The notes under the pieces are model-generated. The model was not told the DNA's origin, did not search any database, and saw only the letters and a program-made list of their open reading frames with translations. From NCBI GenBank assembly GCA_965222115.1, contig CBDCTJ010000003.1, forward strand, positions 96,001-160,000: a stretch of DNA of 64,000 bases. The letters are read 5' to 3'. The position numbers and the translations under genes are program-made. The stretch is from Planctomycetota bacterium (GTDB lineage: Bacteria; Planctomycetota; PLA2; JAEUHO01). Positions 1-10,575 of this stretch are shown piece by piece (within the stretch, counting starts at the first letter, position 1; every line of letters starts with the position of its first letter).

Positions 1-642
1 GTGCTCCTATTGTTCTTTATGGGACCCGGCATCATGACCATCGTCGGCGGTGTGGCGCTTGCATTGCTCGGGGCGATTCACATGAGTGCCGGCGCCTCCC
101 AAGGATTCCCGCTCTTTCTCATTCTCGTAGGCCTGTTACTGCTTGCCGCTGAGTTCTTCGTATTCCCGGGCTTCGGCATTCCGGGGGCGCTCGGCATCGC
201 GTGCATTGGCGCAGGATTCATGTTTATGCAAGCGCGTAGTCAGACGGGCGACTCAACGACGCGATCGGTAAGTACCGATGTGTGGCAGAGCTTTGCGGCA
301 CAGTTTATCGTTACGTCCATAGCGGGATTCGTCACGCTCATGCTATTGTCGCGCGTGTTTCCCAGCGTCGGGCCCGGTAAGCGTATGGTGCTGGCCACTC
401 CCACCGATTCGGAAACAGGCCATGCGACGGGACTTCGATCACGCCCCGCGCCGGACGTCGCGATGGGTGCTACGGGCATAGCCCTATCCGACTTGCGACC
501 GGTGGGCTCGGCGCGAATCGGCAAGCACGACATCGATGTTGTGAGTGAAACAGGCTATATCGAACGAAACGATCCAATTCGAGTTGTGGCCGTTCGTGGC
601 ACCGAAATCGTTGTCGAATCTGCAAAGGAATCCAACACATGA
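1..642 (+). CDS. NfeD-family membrane protein (YqeZ-like), 5' truncated by window
   Basis: Multiple TM segments (AEFFVFPGFGIPGALG) and C-terminal NfeD OB-fold motif (SDLRPVGSARIG...DVVSETGYI); upstream of floA. Confidence 0.85.
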   Translation: MLLLFFMGPGIMTIVGGVALALLGAIHMSAGASQGFPLFLILVGLLLLAAEFFVFPGFGIPGALGIACIGAGFMFMQARSQTGDSTTRSVSTDVWQSFAAQFIVTSIAGFVTLMLLSRVFPSVGPGKRMVLATPTDSETGHATGLRSRPAPDVAMGATGIALSDLRPVGSARIGKHDIDVVSETGYIERNDPIRVVAVRGTEIVVESAKESNT

Positions 643-1154
643 TTTGGGCCATCCTCTTGCTCATCCTTGGGCTTGGCTTTGTCCTGGCGGAAGTGTTTTT
701 TCCCTCGTTTGGCATCTTGAGCATTGTGGCGGGGCTCTGCATTCTTCTTGCCGACATCAAAGCGTTTCACGAGGGTGGCAACTTCATCGGTTGGACGTTC
801 ATTGTGGCGGAAATTGTGCTGGTCCCACTCGTGGTGTGGTTTGCGTTTCGCACGCTCCCCAAAGTACCCATGGGGCAAAAGATGTTGCTTCAAGGCCCCA
901 CCACGACACCCGTTCCAGCCGTACCCAATCTCGATCATCTTGCCGGCGCCACTGGGACGGCAGAATCTGATCTTCGTCCATCCGGCATGGCGATGATCCA
1001 TGGTGAACGCGTGTCCGTCGTATCGGTCGTGGGCATGATTGATCGCGGCACGGCCATTGTCGTAGAACGAGTCGAGGGCGGCGAAGTGCGTGTGCGCAAG
1101 CAGGATGCCGAAATGGCACCCGCCGCTGTAAAACCCTTGACGGAAACAACGTAG
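639..1154 (+). CDS. Short NfeD-family protein
   Basis: AEVFFPSFGIL TM motif and DLRPSGMAMIHGERVSVVS OB-fold; ATGA overlap with previous gene. Confidence 0.85.
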   Translation: MIWAILLLILGLGFVLAEVFFPSFGILSIVAGLCILLADIKAFHEGGNFIGWTFIVAEIVLVPLVVWFAFRTLPKVPMGQKMLLQGPTTTPVPAVPNLDHLAGATGTAESDLRPSGMAMIHGERVSVVSVVGMIDRGTAIVVERVEGGEVRVRKQDAEMAPAAVKPLTETT

Positions 1155-1199
1155 CTAGACTTGTACACCTAGGACGCGTATCTCATAGGAATCCAACGA

Positions 1200-2249
1200 A
1201 TGACATTTGCAATGCATCACAATCCACTCGCGATTGAACTCGACACCGGCACGGTGCTGCTTGCCGTGGGTCTCCTGATCGTCTTCATCCTGTTGGTGAT
1301 CTTTCTCAAGTTTTTCAAGCTGTGGATTCAGTCCTACTTCAGCAATGCCAATATCAGCCTGTTCGAACTCGTGGGCATGTGGCTGCGAAAGGTCAAGGCG
1401 CAAGAGATCGTGCAGAGCAAGATTGCGCTCGTCCAAGCCAACCTGCCCGCCGAAACAAAGGACTTGGAAGCTCACTTTCTCGCAGGAGGCGACGTAGACA
1501 ATGTGGCGCGCGCGCTCATTGCAGCCGACCGCGCGGGCATTGGCCTCGACTTTCAAACGGCCGCCGGTATTGATCTCGCCGGACGTGATGTGCTTGACGC
1601 GATTCAGACCAGCGTCAATCCGAAAGTGATTGATTGCCCCGACCCTCAGAAGGACAAGCGCGAAGTGGCGGCGGTGGCCAAGGACGGCATTCAAGTCTTG
1701 GCGCGTGCACGCGTCACGGTGCGCACCAATCTGGATCGACTGGTCGGTGGTGCCACGGAAGAGACCATCATTGCGCGCGTGGGCGAGGGCATTGTGAGCA
1801 CGATTGGTAGCTCCGCAACCCACAAGGAAGTGCTCGAAAATCCCGACATGATCAGCAAAACGGTACTTGCCAAGTCACTTGACGCGGGCACGGCCTACAC
1901 CATTCTTTCCATCGATATTGCCGACGTAGACATTGGTCAAAACATCGGTGCGCGCTTGCAGGCCGACCAGGCGGAAGCCGATAAACGCGTTGCGCAGGCA
2001 AAGGCCGAGGAACGCCGCGCGTTGGCGGTTGCGTTGGAACAAGAAAACAAAGCGGGCGTGGTTGAGAACCAAGCCAAAGTCACGCTCGCCGAAGCCCAAG
2101 TGCCTCTTGCGTTGGCAGAAGCCCTCAAGAGCGGTCGAATGGGCGTGATGGACTATTTCAATCTAAAGAACGTAGAAGCCGACACGTCGATGCGTGAAAG
2201 CCTAGGGTCTGGCGATACCACACCCACCCGAGATCCCTCCGAAGAATAG
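1200..2249 (+). CDS. floA: Flotillin-like protein FloA (YqfA/UPF0365)
   Basis: [46 protein letters not shown] and QAKAEERRA motifs. Confidence 0.93.
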   Translation: MTFAMHHNPLAIELDTGTVLLAVGLLIVFILLVIFLKFFKLWIQSYFSNANISLFELVGMWLRKVKAQEIVQSKIALVQANLPAETKDLEAHFLAGGDVDNVARALIAADRAGIGLDFQTAAGIDLAGRDVLDAIQTSVNPKVIDCPDPQKDKREVAAVAKDGIQVLARARVTVRTNLDRLVGGATEETIIARVGEGIVSTIGSSATHKEVLENPDMISKTVLAKSLDAGTAYTILSIDIADVDIGQNIGARLQADQAEADKRVAQAKAEERRALAVALEQENKAGVVENQAKVTLAEAQVPLALAEALKSGRMGVMDYFNLKNVEADTSMRESLGSGDTTPTRDPSEE

Positions 2250-2302
2250 GCAAAGAGACATGTAGCGAAGCATTACTTACGTTCACCACTGGCGAGAACC
2301 AC

Positions 2303-2764
2303 ATGGAAGAGTTTGGCGAGATCATTGGCTCCCTCATCGCCATGGTGATGTGGATTGCGTTGGCGCTGTTGTCACGGAAGCAGCAAAAACAACAGGAAGA
2401 ACGGCGGAGAAAGGAACTCGAATCGCAACCTGCCGGCGGGTTGCCGGAGACTATGTTGCCGGAGACTATGGCGGACACGTTTACGCCCGATTCAACGACT
2501 CAACGTACGCGTGCGGCCGATCTTCCGTCACCGCAGGACTCCGCATCGGAGCACGTCGCCTACGCAATCGAGCAAAGAGACGACGCCACACGCACGCGGG
2601 AGGCGGCATTCGCACGTCTTGGTCTCGACCCACGGACTGATCTCTCTCCCCGCGAACTCTCGCGCCGCGGCATGCTTTGGTCCGAAGTTCTCGGCCCTCC
2701 GCGCGCCCACCGCGGCCCACACCGCTACGCCGCGTCACGCTTCGCAAAGCGGCGAATGAACTAG
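2303..2764 (+). CDS. Hypothetical membrane-anchored protein, YqfB-like position
   Basis: N-terminal TM; C-terminal RRGMLWSEVLGPPRA motif typical of the gene after floA. Confidence 0.65.
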   Translation: MEEFGEIIGSLIAMVMWIALALLSRKQQKQQEERRRKELESQPAGGLPETMLPETMADTFTPDSTTQRTRAADLPSPQDSASEHVAYAIEQRDDATRTREAAFARLGLDPRTDLSPRELSRRGMLWSEVLGPPRAHRGPHRYAASRFAKRRMN

Positions 2765-2774
2765 GAGGACTCGT

Positions 2775-5735
2775 ATGGGCCGCCACTTGTGGACCGCGCT
2801 CGGCTTGGCCCTCGTCGCTGGTGCGCTTTTCGCGCTTCTATCGCCTACGCAGGACGTTCACATAGAGACGATTGCTACGCAGTCCGCCGACAATCAATCA
2901 CAGGCGGACAAAGGACGTCTCGCAAGAGGTTCAAAGGAGCCAGAACTCAATCCGGGAACGTCACCGCGTCCGGTTGCCGAGCCTCCTCAAATCGTTGGCA
3001 CTGTAATTGACGCCGAAACGGAAGCGGCAGTACAAGGTGCGCGCGTCATGGTGCTACGTACTAACACGCATGACTCAGCTTTCGCGTCCTCCAACAAGCA
3101 CGGCGCATTTTCGATCCATGGGGTCGAGCCAGGATCATGGTTGCTAATCGTGTGGCACCCGGACTACTTGCCTGCAGGTATGCAAGACTGGAAGCTTGCG
3201 ATTACGAGCGGGCGAATGCCAGAACAACTCCGAATTGTTGTACCGGAAGATGGCGCCGAGCCGATGCAACGAACCGTTCGGCTCTCTCGAGGGCGGACAC
3301 TGCATGGACGTGTGTTCGACGCGAAGGGACTTCCGGTAGGCGGGGCGAGGATTCACATTCAACTGCCTGAGACGGTCTTGGGTGTCAAACTCGGCACGAC
3401 GTCACTCGCTAGATTGATCAGTCAACACTCGCCCGTCGTTACGGCGGCGGACGGCAGGTTCACATGCACATGCTCGCCGTCGCCGCTCTTCAAGTTGCAG
3501 TACGCGGCAGTGAAAGGCGATTCAATTTGCCGGTTTATCGAGGCTTCCCTCAATGGTGATCACGACACCGTTGAATTGCGTCTATTGGAACCTGCAGCAG
3601 TATCTGGAACAGTACGGCGCATGAACGAGTCTCCCGCTCATGGCGTGCGTGTGTTGCCCTTGCAAGTAGACACATGGCGACGTGAGTACGCAATGCCACC
3701 GGTAGAGCAGGCTGTCACTGCGCCCAATGGGACCTACTCGCTACCAACGCTGCCGCCGGGTCCCACGGAACTTGCTGCCGCATGGGGTCAAAAGGGAGAG
3801 TGCTTTCGAAGCGTCGCACCGCGCGCCGGTTCACACATGTCTGATGTCGATTTCGTGGTCTCTGACAAATACAAACTGCAAGGGAGGCTTGTAACGAAAG
3901 ATGGCGCCCCCCTCGCTGGGGAATTGATCCACGTGAGAGAACATCCATCGGGATTGCTTGGCAATTACTTCGCCGCCTTCACGGATGCTAAGGGCACCTT
4001 CAAGGTAGAGGCGCTTCATGGCCCGTTGACGGTGACGCAGCACCTTCCGGGCCGAGCCCTAGAACTTGCACGCGACTTCGTTCCCAAGGAGCCAGTCTCT
4101 ACGTTTGTCGGTGAGCGGTCCACGATCACACGTATTGATGTGCGCGTGATTGACGACAAGGGAAACTCAGCAACCGAGTATTCTGCCAACGCGTGGAGCC
4201 TTAAGGACTCGCCGGTAGGAAACGAGCAGGGCTTGAACGTGGAGATCGAGGGAAGGCGTGGAACCTCTACGCTGGAAGTCCCGGGTGAACTTCCCATTGT
4301 TATCCATGTCTACGATGTTTCATTTGATGCGGACGAGCAGTCGGAAGAGGGACTGACGAAAGCGATTGAACTCTCAGAGATTCCTGCGTCGGGCACCGTA
4401 GACATTGTCGTCAATAGTACATCTGCGATACGCGGCAGAATCACAGACTTGCAGCGCAAGCCAATTCCAAACCTCACGGTTTCATTACTCAAGAAGGAGA
4501 TGATCTACGACGGGGAGGGGGAGATCCTGAAAGAACGTGTCCCCGTAGACGCGGATGGCTGGTACTCATTTCCTTCACTGCCGCACACAACATTCGTGCG
4601 AGTCAACTCACCGGCAGGATTTGCTCGCGTGGATGACATTGAGCATCTAGAAGGAGGACCGGAACGATTCATTTCGCTGGCCCGCGCGGGCACGATTGCG
4701 GGACGTGTCCATGCACCCAATATCCAGTCGATCGCCAAGAAGATCATTTTGAGGGTCACGTGGGAGCAGCCGTTCGGGGAGCATATTCAAGACAACAACC
4801 GATTCGCCATACCGATTCGCCCCGATGGCACATTCTCGTTCCCGCACGCTCCCACCGACCGCGCGATGAGGCTCGCGTTCGACTCAGACTCCACTGCAGC
4901 GCTAGGCTTTCAGGTTCCGAAAGCAGTAGATGGAGTTCGCGCGGGCGACCAGGACGTCGCGCTGCGTCTTGTTCGAGGTCTCCACATTCAAGGCTTGGTG
5001 GCAATTAGTGGAGGTGAGAAGCCCAAATTGTTGCGCATCATGGCGCGCTCTTGCGAAGAACCCCTATCGTGGGGACAGGTCATGCGTCACCTGCGCATTG
5101 TCGATGTGGATTCGACGAATACGTTCCGAATCGGTGGACTCACCAGTGGGCGCTACGCACTCGAACTCATTGGCTATTTTGAACGTGGTCATGCTGTCTT
5201 GGCGAGGACAGTCGTTCCGCCCATGGATGGGGTGACCATTTCCGTACATGCTCCAGGGCAGATTGACGTTGAACTCGGGAGAACAAGGGAAGCAATGGCC
5301 TTTGTGTACCGCCGCGGTTCCGCGCTGCTCGTTACTTCGGCACGAGAACGGTCTGATCGAATGGCAATTCGAAACTTGCCGTCCGATCAGCGATACGACA
5401 TTCGTATTGAGTCGGAAGATCAGGTGTCGATACATTCCAATGTCTCGGTAGGCGATACCATTCGGCCAAAGTTTAGGAAGCCCCTCCTCTTGTCGGGTGT
5501 CGTTCGAATGGATTCCCTGTCCGTCGAAATCGAGTTCGTTCCAGCAGGTGAGGGCGCGCCGGCGCGATTCTCTGCGAGCGGCTCGGGACCGTTCACGGTT
5601 GGTGTCCTAGAAGGCAGCTACCGCGCCGTCGTTCTAAAGCCCGACTTCACCCCCATCGTCCTCGCCGAAGACCTTAGGCCCGGCCAAACAGACATCACGC
5701 TCACCATCCCACCCGGCATCGGCATTCAACGCTAG
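2775..5735 (+). CDS. Exported carboxypeptidase-regulatory/Cna-B-like repeat protein
   Basis: GGAGG RBS; N-terminal signal/TM; repeated GxVxDxxGxPxxGA beta-sandwich motifs; 986 aa. Confidence 0.8.
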   Translation: MGRHLWTALGLALVAGALFALLSPTQDVHIETIATQSADNQSQADKGRLARGSKEPELNPGTSPRPVAEPPQIVGTVIDAETEAAVQGARVMVLRTNTHDSAFASSNKHGAFSIHGVEPGSWLLIVWHPDYLPAGMQDWKLAITSGRMPEQLRIVVPEDGAEPMQRTVRLSRGRTLHGRVFDAKGLPVGGARIHIQLPETVLGVKLGTTSLARLISQHSPVVTAADGRFTCTCSPSPLFKLQYAAVKGDSICRFIEASLNGDHDTVELRLLEPAAVSGTVRRMNESPAHGVRVLPLQVDTWRREYAMPPVEQAVTAPNGTYSLPTLPPGPTELAAAWGQKGECFRSVAPRAGSHMSDVDFVVSDKYKLQGRLVTKDGAPLAGELIHVREHPSGLLGNYFAAFTDAKGTFKVEALHGPLTVTQHLPGRALELARDFVPKEPVSTFVGERSTITRIDVRVIDDKGNSATEYSANAWSLKDSPVGNEQGLNVEIEGRRGTSTLEVPGELPIVIHVYDVSFDADEQSEEGLTKAIELSEIPASGTVDIVVNSTSAIRGRITDLQRKPIPNLTVSLLKKEMIYDGEGEILKERVPVDADGWYSFPSLPHTTFVRVNSPAGFARVDDIEHLEGGPERFISLARAGTIAGRVHAPNIQSIAKKIILRVTWEQPFGEHIQDNNRFAIPIRPDGTFSFPHAPTDRAMRLAFDSDSTAALGFQVPKAVDGVRAGDQDVALRLVRGLHIQGLVAISGGEKPKLLRIMARSCEEPLSWGQVMRHLRIVDVDSTNTFRIGGLTSGRYALELIGYFERGHAVLARTVVPPMDGVTISVHAPGQIDVELGRTREAMAFVYRRGSALLVTSARERSDRMAIRNLPSDQRYDIRIESEDQVSIHSNVSVGDTIRPKFRKPLLLSGVVRMDSLSVEIEFVPAGEGAPARFSASGSGPFTVGVLEGSYRAVVLKPDFTPIVLAEDLRPGQTDITLTIPPGIGIQR

Positions 5736-5896
5736 CGCGCCAACAATATCTGCCTAGAGAACCTGGTTTCTGTGGTGCATTGGTGAGGCGCGCGCCAAAT
5801 ATACCTGGTTTCTGTGGCGCACTCGGAGGCGCCGGATCGGCGGGAAGGAGAGCTACATGCGGCGTGCGCCAGAAATGCCAGGTATCTGTGGCGCGC
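5736..5896. repeat. Cluster of related REP-like imperfect palindromes between convergent genes
   Basis: ACCTGGTTTCTGTGGYGCA at 5761-5779 and 5803-5821, plus related GCGCCAGAAATGCCAGGTATCTGTGGCGC near 5866-5894. Confidence 0.5.
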
Positions 5897-5905
5897 CGCG
5901 GCGCA

Positions 5906-6691
5906 TCAGTCGAGGTTGATCTCTTCGACGAGGCCGAGATTTTTGGGGTCGTGCTCGACGATTTTGCCTTTGTCGAGGCGCACGACGCGGTGGGCTTGGG
6001 CCGCGAGGCGAGCGTCGTGGGTGACAATAACCATAGTTTGGGTGTTGGCTTCGTTGAGGCCCCAGAGGAGCGCGCGCACATCGTCGGCCGTCTTGCCGTC
6101 GAGGTTGCCGGTGGGCTCGTCGCAGAAGAGGAATCGCGGCTTGTTTTGAAGCGCGCGCGCAATGGCTACGCGCTGACGTTCGCCACCTGAGAGTTCGCGG
6201 GAGCGATGTTTCCATCGCTTGCCAAGGCCGACCAACTCAAGCAGTTCGCGCGCACGCGCCTTGCACGCCTTCCTTTCACTGCGCCACGCAAGCGGCCCAT
6301 GCATGATCATGGAAGGCATCAGCACGTTTTCGAGCGCGTTGAGCTCGGGCAAGAGGTGATAGAACTGAAAGACGAAGCCCATCACTTCGTTGCGAAGACG
6401 CGCACGTTCGCTGCCCGGCAAGCTCGCGCGATCTTTGCCGTCGAAAATGATCTCGCCCTCGTTGACGTGGTCGAGCCAGCCCAACACATGGAGCAGCGTG
6501 CTCTTGCCGCAGCCACTCGTGCCGAGAATGGCCAAGATCTCGCCGGGATACACCTCAAGATTGACGTTTCGCAGCACGTGCAGGGGATGGCCGCCGATCT
6601 TGTAGTGCTTGGCCACATTGCGCGCAACGAGCACGGGCTCGCGATCGTCCTGCCCCTGCGTACGGGAGGTGGCGGCTTGCGGACTATTCAT
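5906..6691 (-). CDS. lolD: LolD-like ABC transporter ATP-binding protein
   Basis: Walker A GTSGCGKST, GFVFQFYHLLPEL, LSGGERQRVAIARAL, DEPTGNLD. Confidence 0.88.
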   Translation of the reverse strand: MNSPQAATSRTQGQDDREPVLVARNVAKHYKIGGHPLHVLRNVNLEVYPGEILAILGTSGCGKSTLLHVLGWLDHVNEGEIIFDGKDRASLPGSERARLRNEVMGFVFQFYHLLPELNALENVLMPSMIMHGPLAWRSERKACKARARELLELVGLGKRWKHRSRELSGGERQRVAIARALQNKPRFLFCDEPTGNLDGKTADDVRALLWGLNEANTQTMVIVTHDARLAAQAHRVVRLDKGKIVEHDPKNLGLVEEINLD

Positions 6692-8000
6692 AGCGCAACG
6701 CCTTTACGGGATCCATGCGTGCGGCGCGCATGGCGGGCACGAGACCTGCGATAAACGAAATCAAAATGCTGCCCGCCACTATGGTTAGCACGCTGGGCCA
6801 ATCCCAAATCGCCGGAATCTCACGGAAGTGATACACATCGGCGGGGAACAATCGAACGTTGAAGGTCTTCTCTAAGAACGTGCGCACGGCATTGACGTTG
6901 GCTGTGAACCACGCACCGAGTGCGAGTCCCAATCCGGCGCCAATGATTCCTATAAACAGCCCGTTAAACAAAAATACCGTGAGTATGCCACCCTTGGTTG
7001 CACCGAGCGCCCCCACAATGCCGATGTCGCGCGTCTTTTCAACCACCGTGAGCGTGAGCGTGGCCAAGATGATGAAGCCCGCTAGCAGCACAATGAACGA
7101 CAGCACAATGACGAGCAGCACCTTCTCCTGGTTGACTTGCTCCAAGAACTTCTTACGCATGTCCTCCCACGTGAACACACCGTAGGCGGGATAGCGGTTC
7201 TTGAGCGATGCCTGGACTTCACGGGCTTGTTCATAGTCTTTGAGCTTGACGCGCACTTCCAAGTAGGGCACATCCAGGTTTGCCATTTCCCGTAGGTCAT
7301 TGATGTCAAAGTAGAGCACGTGGTCATCGACCATCGCATCGTGCGAATCGTAGACCCCCGTGATCATCAAGTTGCGACTCTGTGCGTGAAAGCGCGGTTC
7401 ATTCGTTTCAGGATCTTCATCCACAAGCGCAAACTGAATGGTGAGGCGCGTCTCCTCTTCGACCAGCGCCGGGTAGTCCCCTTCACGCTGCAAGAAATCC
7501 TTTACGAACTGGCGTCCCACAATCACGGTTTTGATCTCGCGGCGCTTGGCCCGCTCGTTGTAAAAAGGCCGGTCCTTGTCGCCCGCGATGAGATTCGCGC
7601 GGATCTCGGAAACGTGACGCTCCTTCTCCCAGTCAACGCCAATGGCCTTCATCTGATGGAGATTGCGATTCTGGAGTCGAAACGCGCTGATGCGCTTGCT
7701 TTCGTAAGGGTAAGCCACCGGCAGGTTGACTTGCGGACTGGCCGCGACCACGCTCGGCTCCTCCTGTTTGAGTTGAGCCTCAAGGCGTTCAAAGGCATGC
7801 AACCCGTCTTTGTCGGGGTACATGACAATGTGGGAGAGATTGCCGCGCACCACGGTGCGTACACGCTCTTGGAATCCGTCCATGATCGAAACGACGGATA
7901 TCAACACGGCCACGCTGGCGGCCACACCCGCGATCGAGATGAGATTGACGAGCCGGCTCCGCAGATAACGCAGGGCGAGGAACAGACGGTACACGCACAT
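6684..8000 (-). CDS. LolC/E-family (FtsX-like) ABC permease
   Basis: LALRYLR N-terminus, SIMDGF, VVEKTRDIGIVGALGA, C-terminal PAMRAARMDPVKALRYE. Confidence 0.85.
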   Translation of the reverse strand: MCVYRLFLALRYLRSRLVNLISIAGVAASVAVLISVVSIMDGFQERVRTVVRGNLSHIVMYPDKDGLHAFERLEAQLKQEEPSVVAASPQVNLPVAYPYESKRISAFRLQNRNLHQMKAIGVDWEKERHVSEIRANLIAGDKDRPFYNERAKRREIKTVIVGRQFVKDFLQREGDYPALVEEETRLTIQFALVDEDPETNEPRFHAQSRNLMITGVYDSHDAMVDDHVLYFDINDLREMANLDVPYLEVRVKLKDYEQAREVQASLKNRYPAYGVFTWEDMRKKFLEQVNQEKVLLVIVLSFIVLLAGFIILATLTLTVVEKTRDIGIVGALGATKGGILTVFLFNGLFIGIIGAGLGLALGAWFTANVNAVRTFLEKTFNVRLFPADVYHFREIPAIWDWPSVLTIVAGSILISFIAGLVPAMRAARMDPVKALRYE

Positions 8001-8159
8001 CGCTCCGGTGCGTGCCCACCGCGGACGACGCGTGGGTGAACCTACTCGCTGTCCTGAATCCTACGGCGTCATTTTCCGGCAAATTCGCGGGGCTCAATCT
8101 GCCGCGTACGTGTGACTCAGATACGCTCTCCCCCGATGCGAATCAATCACGGGAGCGAA

Positions 8160-9434
8160 TCAATCACCCATCACGCGCTTGAGCGAGCGGAACACCTGCA
8201 GATACTCGTTGACGGGAAGCTCACTACGGCTGAGTAATCGCACATGGACCTCGGGCAGATCTTCGCAACTGAGCACGGTTCGGCATGCATTGCGCCGCAG
8301 ACGAATCTGATTGGCATCGGCGCTGGCCTTCTTTTCGGATTCCTCGATGGTGACGGGCGAGGACTCGCCGCAACCCTTCTTCTGATCGGTTGTATCCGTC
8401 TTGGCGTAGTACTGACGAATGCGATCCATGTCGGAAGGTGGCGCGAAACAGATCGAGATTGCCCCCAGCCCATCGGAATAGGTCAAGGTGGCCATTTTGA
8501 CCCGCGCCTGCGCCTTTTCGTCTTGCGTGGGCTCAGATTGATCGCAGCACGAAGGCATGCGGTAGCGCAGAGGCTTCTCACTGTAGTCGGCCCGAATGAG
8601 CACATAGCCCTTGGGTAAATACTTAGGCTGATACACAGGAAACGGAGCCTTAAGCGCGCGTTCGATGCGTGCCGCAGTCGCGCCAATGCCCTTCAAGGCC
8701 GGTACGGCAAGTGCCTTTTCGCCAAGGACACGGGGATTGAATGGGCCGGTCCCATCATCGAGATGAGTCACACGACGCAACAGGTGGCCGGACGACGTGT
8801 GATCTTCGACGCGCAGTACATGCTTTCCATCGGGTGAAAACCAAACGCACCGGCGCGCCGGACCGTTTGAACTGTCTTTGTGGGCCCAACTCAGTCGTAT
8901 GGCGTCGTCACCGTGTTCGAGCGACTCACAGACGACATCCTTGGTGCGCCTGTAGTTGTGAAAAAACAGATACGGGGCGGGCTTGAAGAAAAGTCGTGCA
9001 ATGCGCAAGCTGGAAAGAGGACATACCGCGCAAGGTTGGCCGTTCTTTAGGCAGTCGGCAACCAGCACCACGCCTTCCTGCGTTGGATGATCGGCGAGAT
9101 ACCAGCGTTGGGACTTAGTGGGTGTCTCCACCTGCCACGTACCCACCTCGGGTCCGTGTTCGAGAAACCGTCCAAGCGCAAGCTCGCATCGGTCAATGAG
9201 TTCCGCCGACACAGGTTTCGCGGACGCGGGGGAGCCGGCCTTGCGCGCCGCGCCATTTGACTTTGCGTCCCTGGCATTTGAGTTCTGGGCTTTCGGATCC
9301 CGGGTTTTCGACTCGTCGCAACCCGTCATGAACGACGGTGCCAACAACAAGAGGACGACAAGCCCGATGCCGCGCGCATACGACCATCGCAAACGTCGTG
9401 GTGTCGCTACCGGTTCGGGTTGAGAGTTTGCCAT
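8160..9434 (-). CDS. Lipoprotein with MucB/RseB-like C-terminal region
   Basis: Lipobox-like FMTGC; PKYLPKGY...LTYSDGLGAISI resembles the MucB/RseB C-domain. Confidence 0.55.
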   Translation of the reverse strand: MANSQPEPVATPRRLRWSYARGIGLVVLLLLAPSFMTGCDESKTRDPKAQNSNARDAKSNGAARKAGSPASAKPVSAELIDRCELALGRFLEHGPEVGTWQVETPTKSQRWYLADHPTQEGVVLVADCLKNGQPCAVCPLSSLRIARLFFKPAPYLFFHNYRRTKDVVCESLEHGDDAIRLSWAHKDSSNGPARRCVWFSPDGKHVLRVEDHTSSGHLLRRVTHLDDGTGPFNPRVLGEKALAVPALKGIGATAARIERALKAPFPVYQPKYLPKGYVLIRADYSEKPLRYRMPSCCDQSEPTQDEKAQARVKMATLTYSDGLGAISICFAPPSDMDRIRQYYAKTDTTDQKKGCGESSPVTIEESEKKASADANQIRLRRNACRTVLSCEDLPEVHVRLLSRSELPVNEYLQVFRSLKRVMGD

Positions 9435-9638
9435 CTAGAACTAGGCATCCTTACGAGTGCTTGTGCCCCCAACGCGCGAGAGCCTGGGGGCCTTGAGATT
9501 CCTTTGCGCGAAGCGCAATCCACGGATTCTACGACGACCGCGTGCGATCACGTCAACTCAGACCGGCAGCCCGGCGAAGACTCTGATTACCCGCGTTTGA
9601 CGAGCGGGAGGGCCTAGCGGCCCCACTGCGTTACGAGC

Positions 9639-10181
9639 CTAGCGGCCCCACTCCGCTACGAGGCGCGTGGGTGCATTGCCCACCTCATCAAACATCTCGA
9701 TCTCGTCCATGAGCACCATGTCGGGATCCGAAACGACCACAAAATTGCCTTCAGTGACACCGGCGGCGTAGCTGGTGGAGTCGGCTGAGGGACGACGGTC
9801 GAGACGCTCACCGCTCAACGAATAGGTGCCCACGCCAATGAGCGCGACGGCCGCCGCAGCGAAAGCTGCTCTCAGCCACCCGTCTCCCAACCACCCGTCT
9901 CCAAACCATGCGGCGCGGCGCTTGGGAAAGGCAAACACACGACCTTCACTCAGGCCAAACTCGTCTTTGAACGCGGACGCAGAATCCAATGGGGCTGTGT
10001 ACAGATATCGGGGCGCCTTCGAAAAGGCCAACGCAAGCGATTGCTCATCGCGAGAAAGGTCGGCTGCCAGCCCGTCGGTTGCCAGCCCGTTCTTGGAATC
10101 TGAATTCTTGGAATTGGGGCCCGATCCTCTGGACTCTTCTTCAGGCATACGAGACCCAGTCGACTCTTGCATACGAGGCAT
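9639..10181 (-). CDS. Single-TM hypothetical protein, possible anti-sigma factor
   Basis: One central TM (AAFAAAAVALIGVG); upstream of RseB-like gene. Confidence 0.45.
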   Translation of the reverse strand: MPRMQESTGSRMPEEESRGSGPNSKNSDSKNGLATDGLAADLSRDEQSLALAFSKAPRYLYTAPLDSASAFKDEFGLSEGRVFAFPKRRAAWFGDGWLGDGWLRAAFAAAAVALIGVGTYSLSGERLDRRPSADSTSYAAGVTEGNFVVVSDPDMVLMDEIEMFDEVGNAPTRLVAEWGR

Positions 10182-10465
10182 TCTCCAACATCAGCGCGCT
10201 TGCCGAGATCCTATCCGCCGCATCGGCATTGGACTCGACTTGCGATCCGATATGAGCTTCGCCTACCGAAAAGGCGGGGACACCCGGGTTGTGGGGTCCG
10301 AGCAGTAGGACGGGATGGGGCGGGTGGATGTTCCGCCCGCAGGGGGCACAGAATGGCGATTCGGGGCGAATTTGCGGCCTGGACGACCGTCGGAATCGCT
10401 CGTACCGAACGAGGCAACTTCCGGCATCGGTGAAACCGAGAATCCGATGCTCGGGGAGGGATTCC

Positions 10466-10493
10466 TTGACCCGCCGCGGGCACGATCTACCTT
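10466..10493 (+). promoter_or_regulatory. Putative sigma70 promoter for rplC
   Basis: TTGACC-16 nt-TACCTT about 85 nt upstream of the rplC ATG. Confidence 0.35.
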
Positions 10494-10575
10494 TCGCCGT
10501 TCGGCGTGGATACCTCGCGCTCGTTTTCCCCGCGCTCGTGTTTCTCGCAATACGGGCGCCCCGGAGATTTCCGAC

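Noticed and set aside
10315-10575. N-terminal extension of L3
   Set aside because: Homology and RBS start at ATG 10576; the extension overlaps the putative promoter
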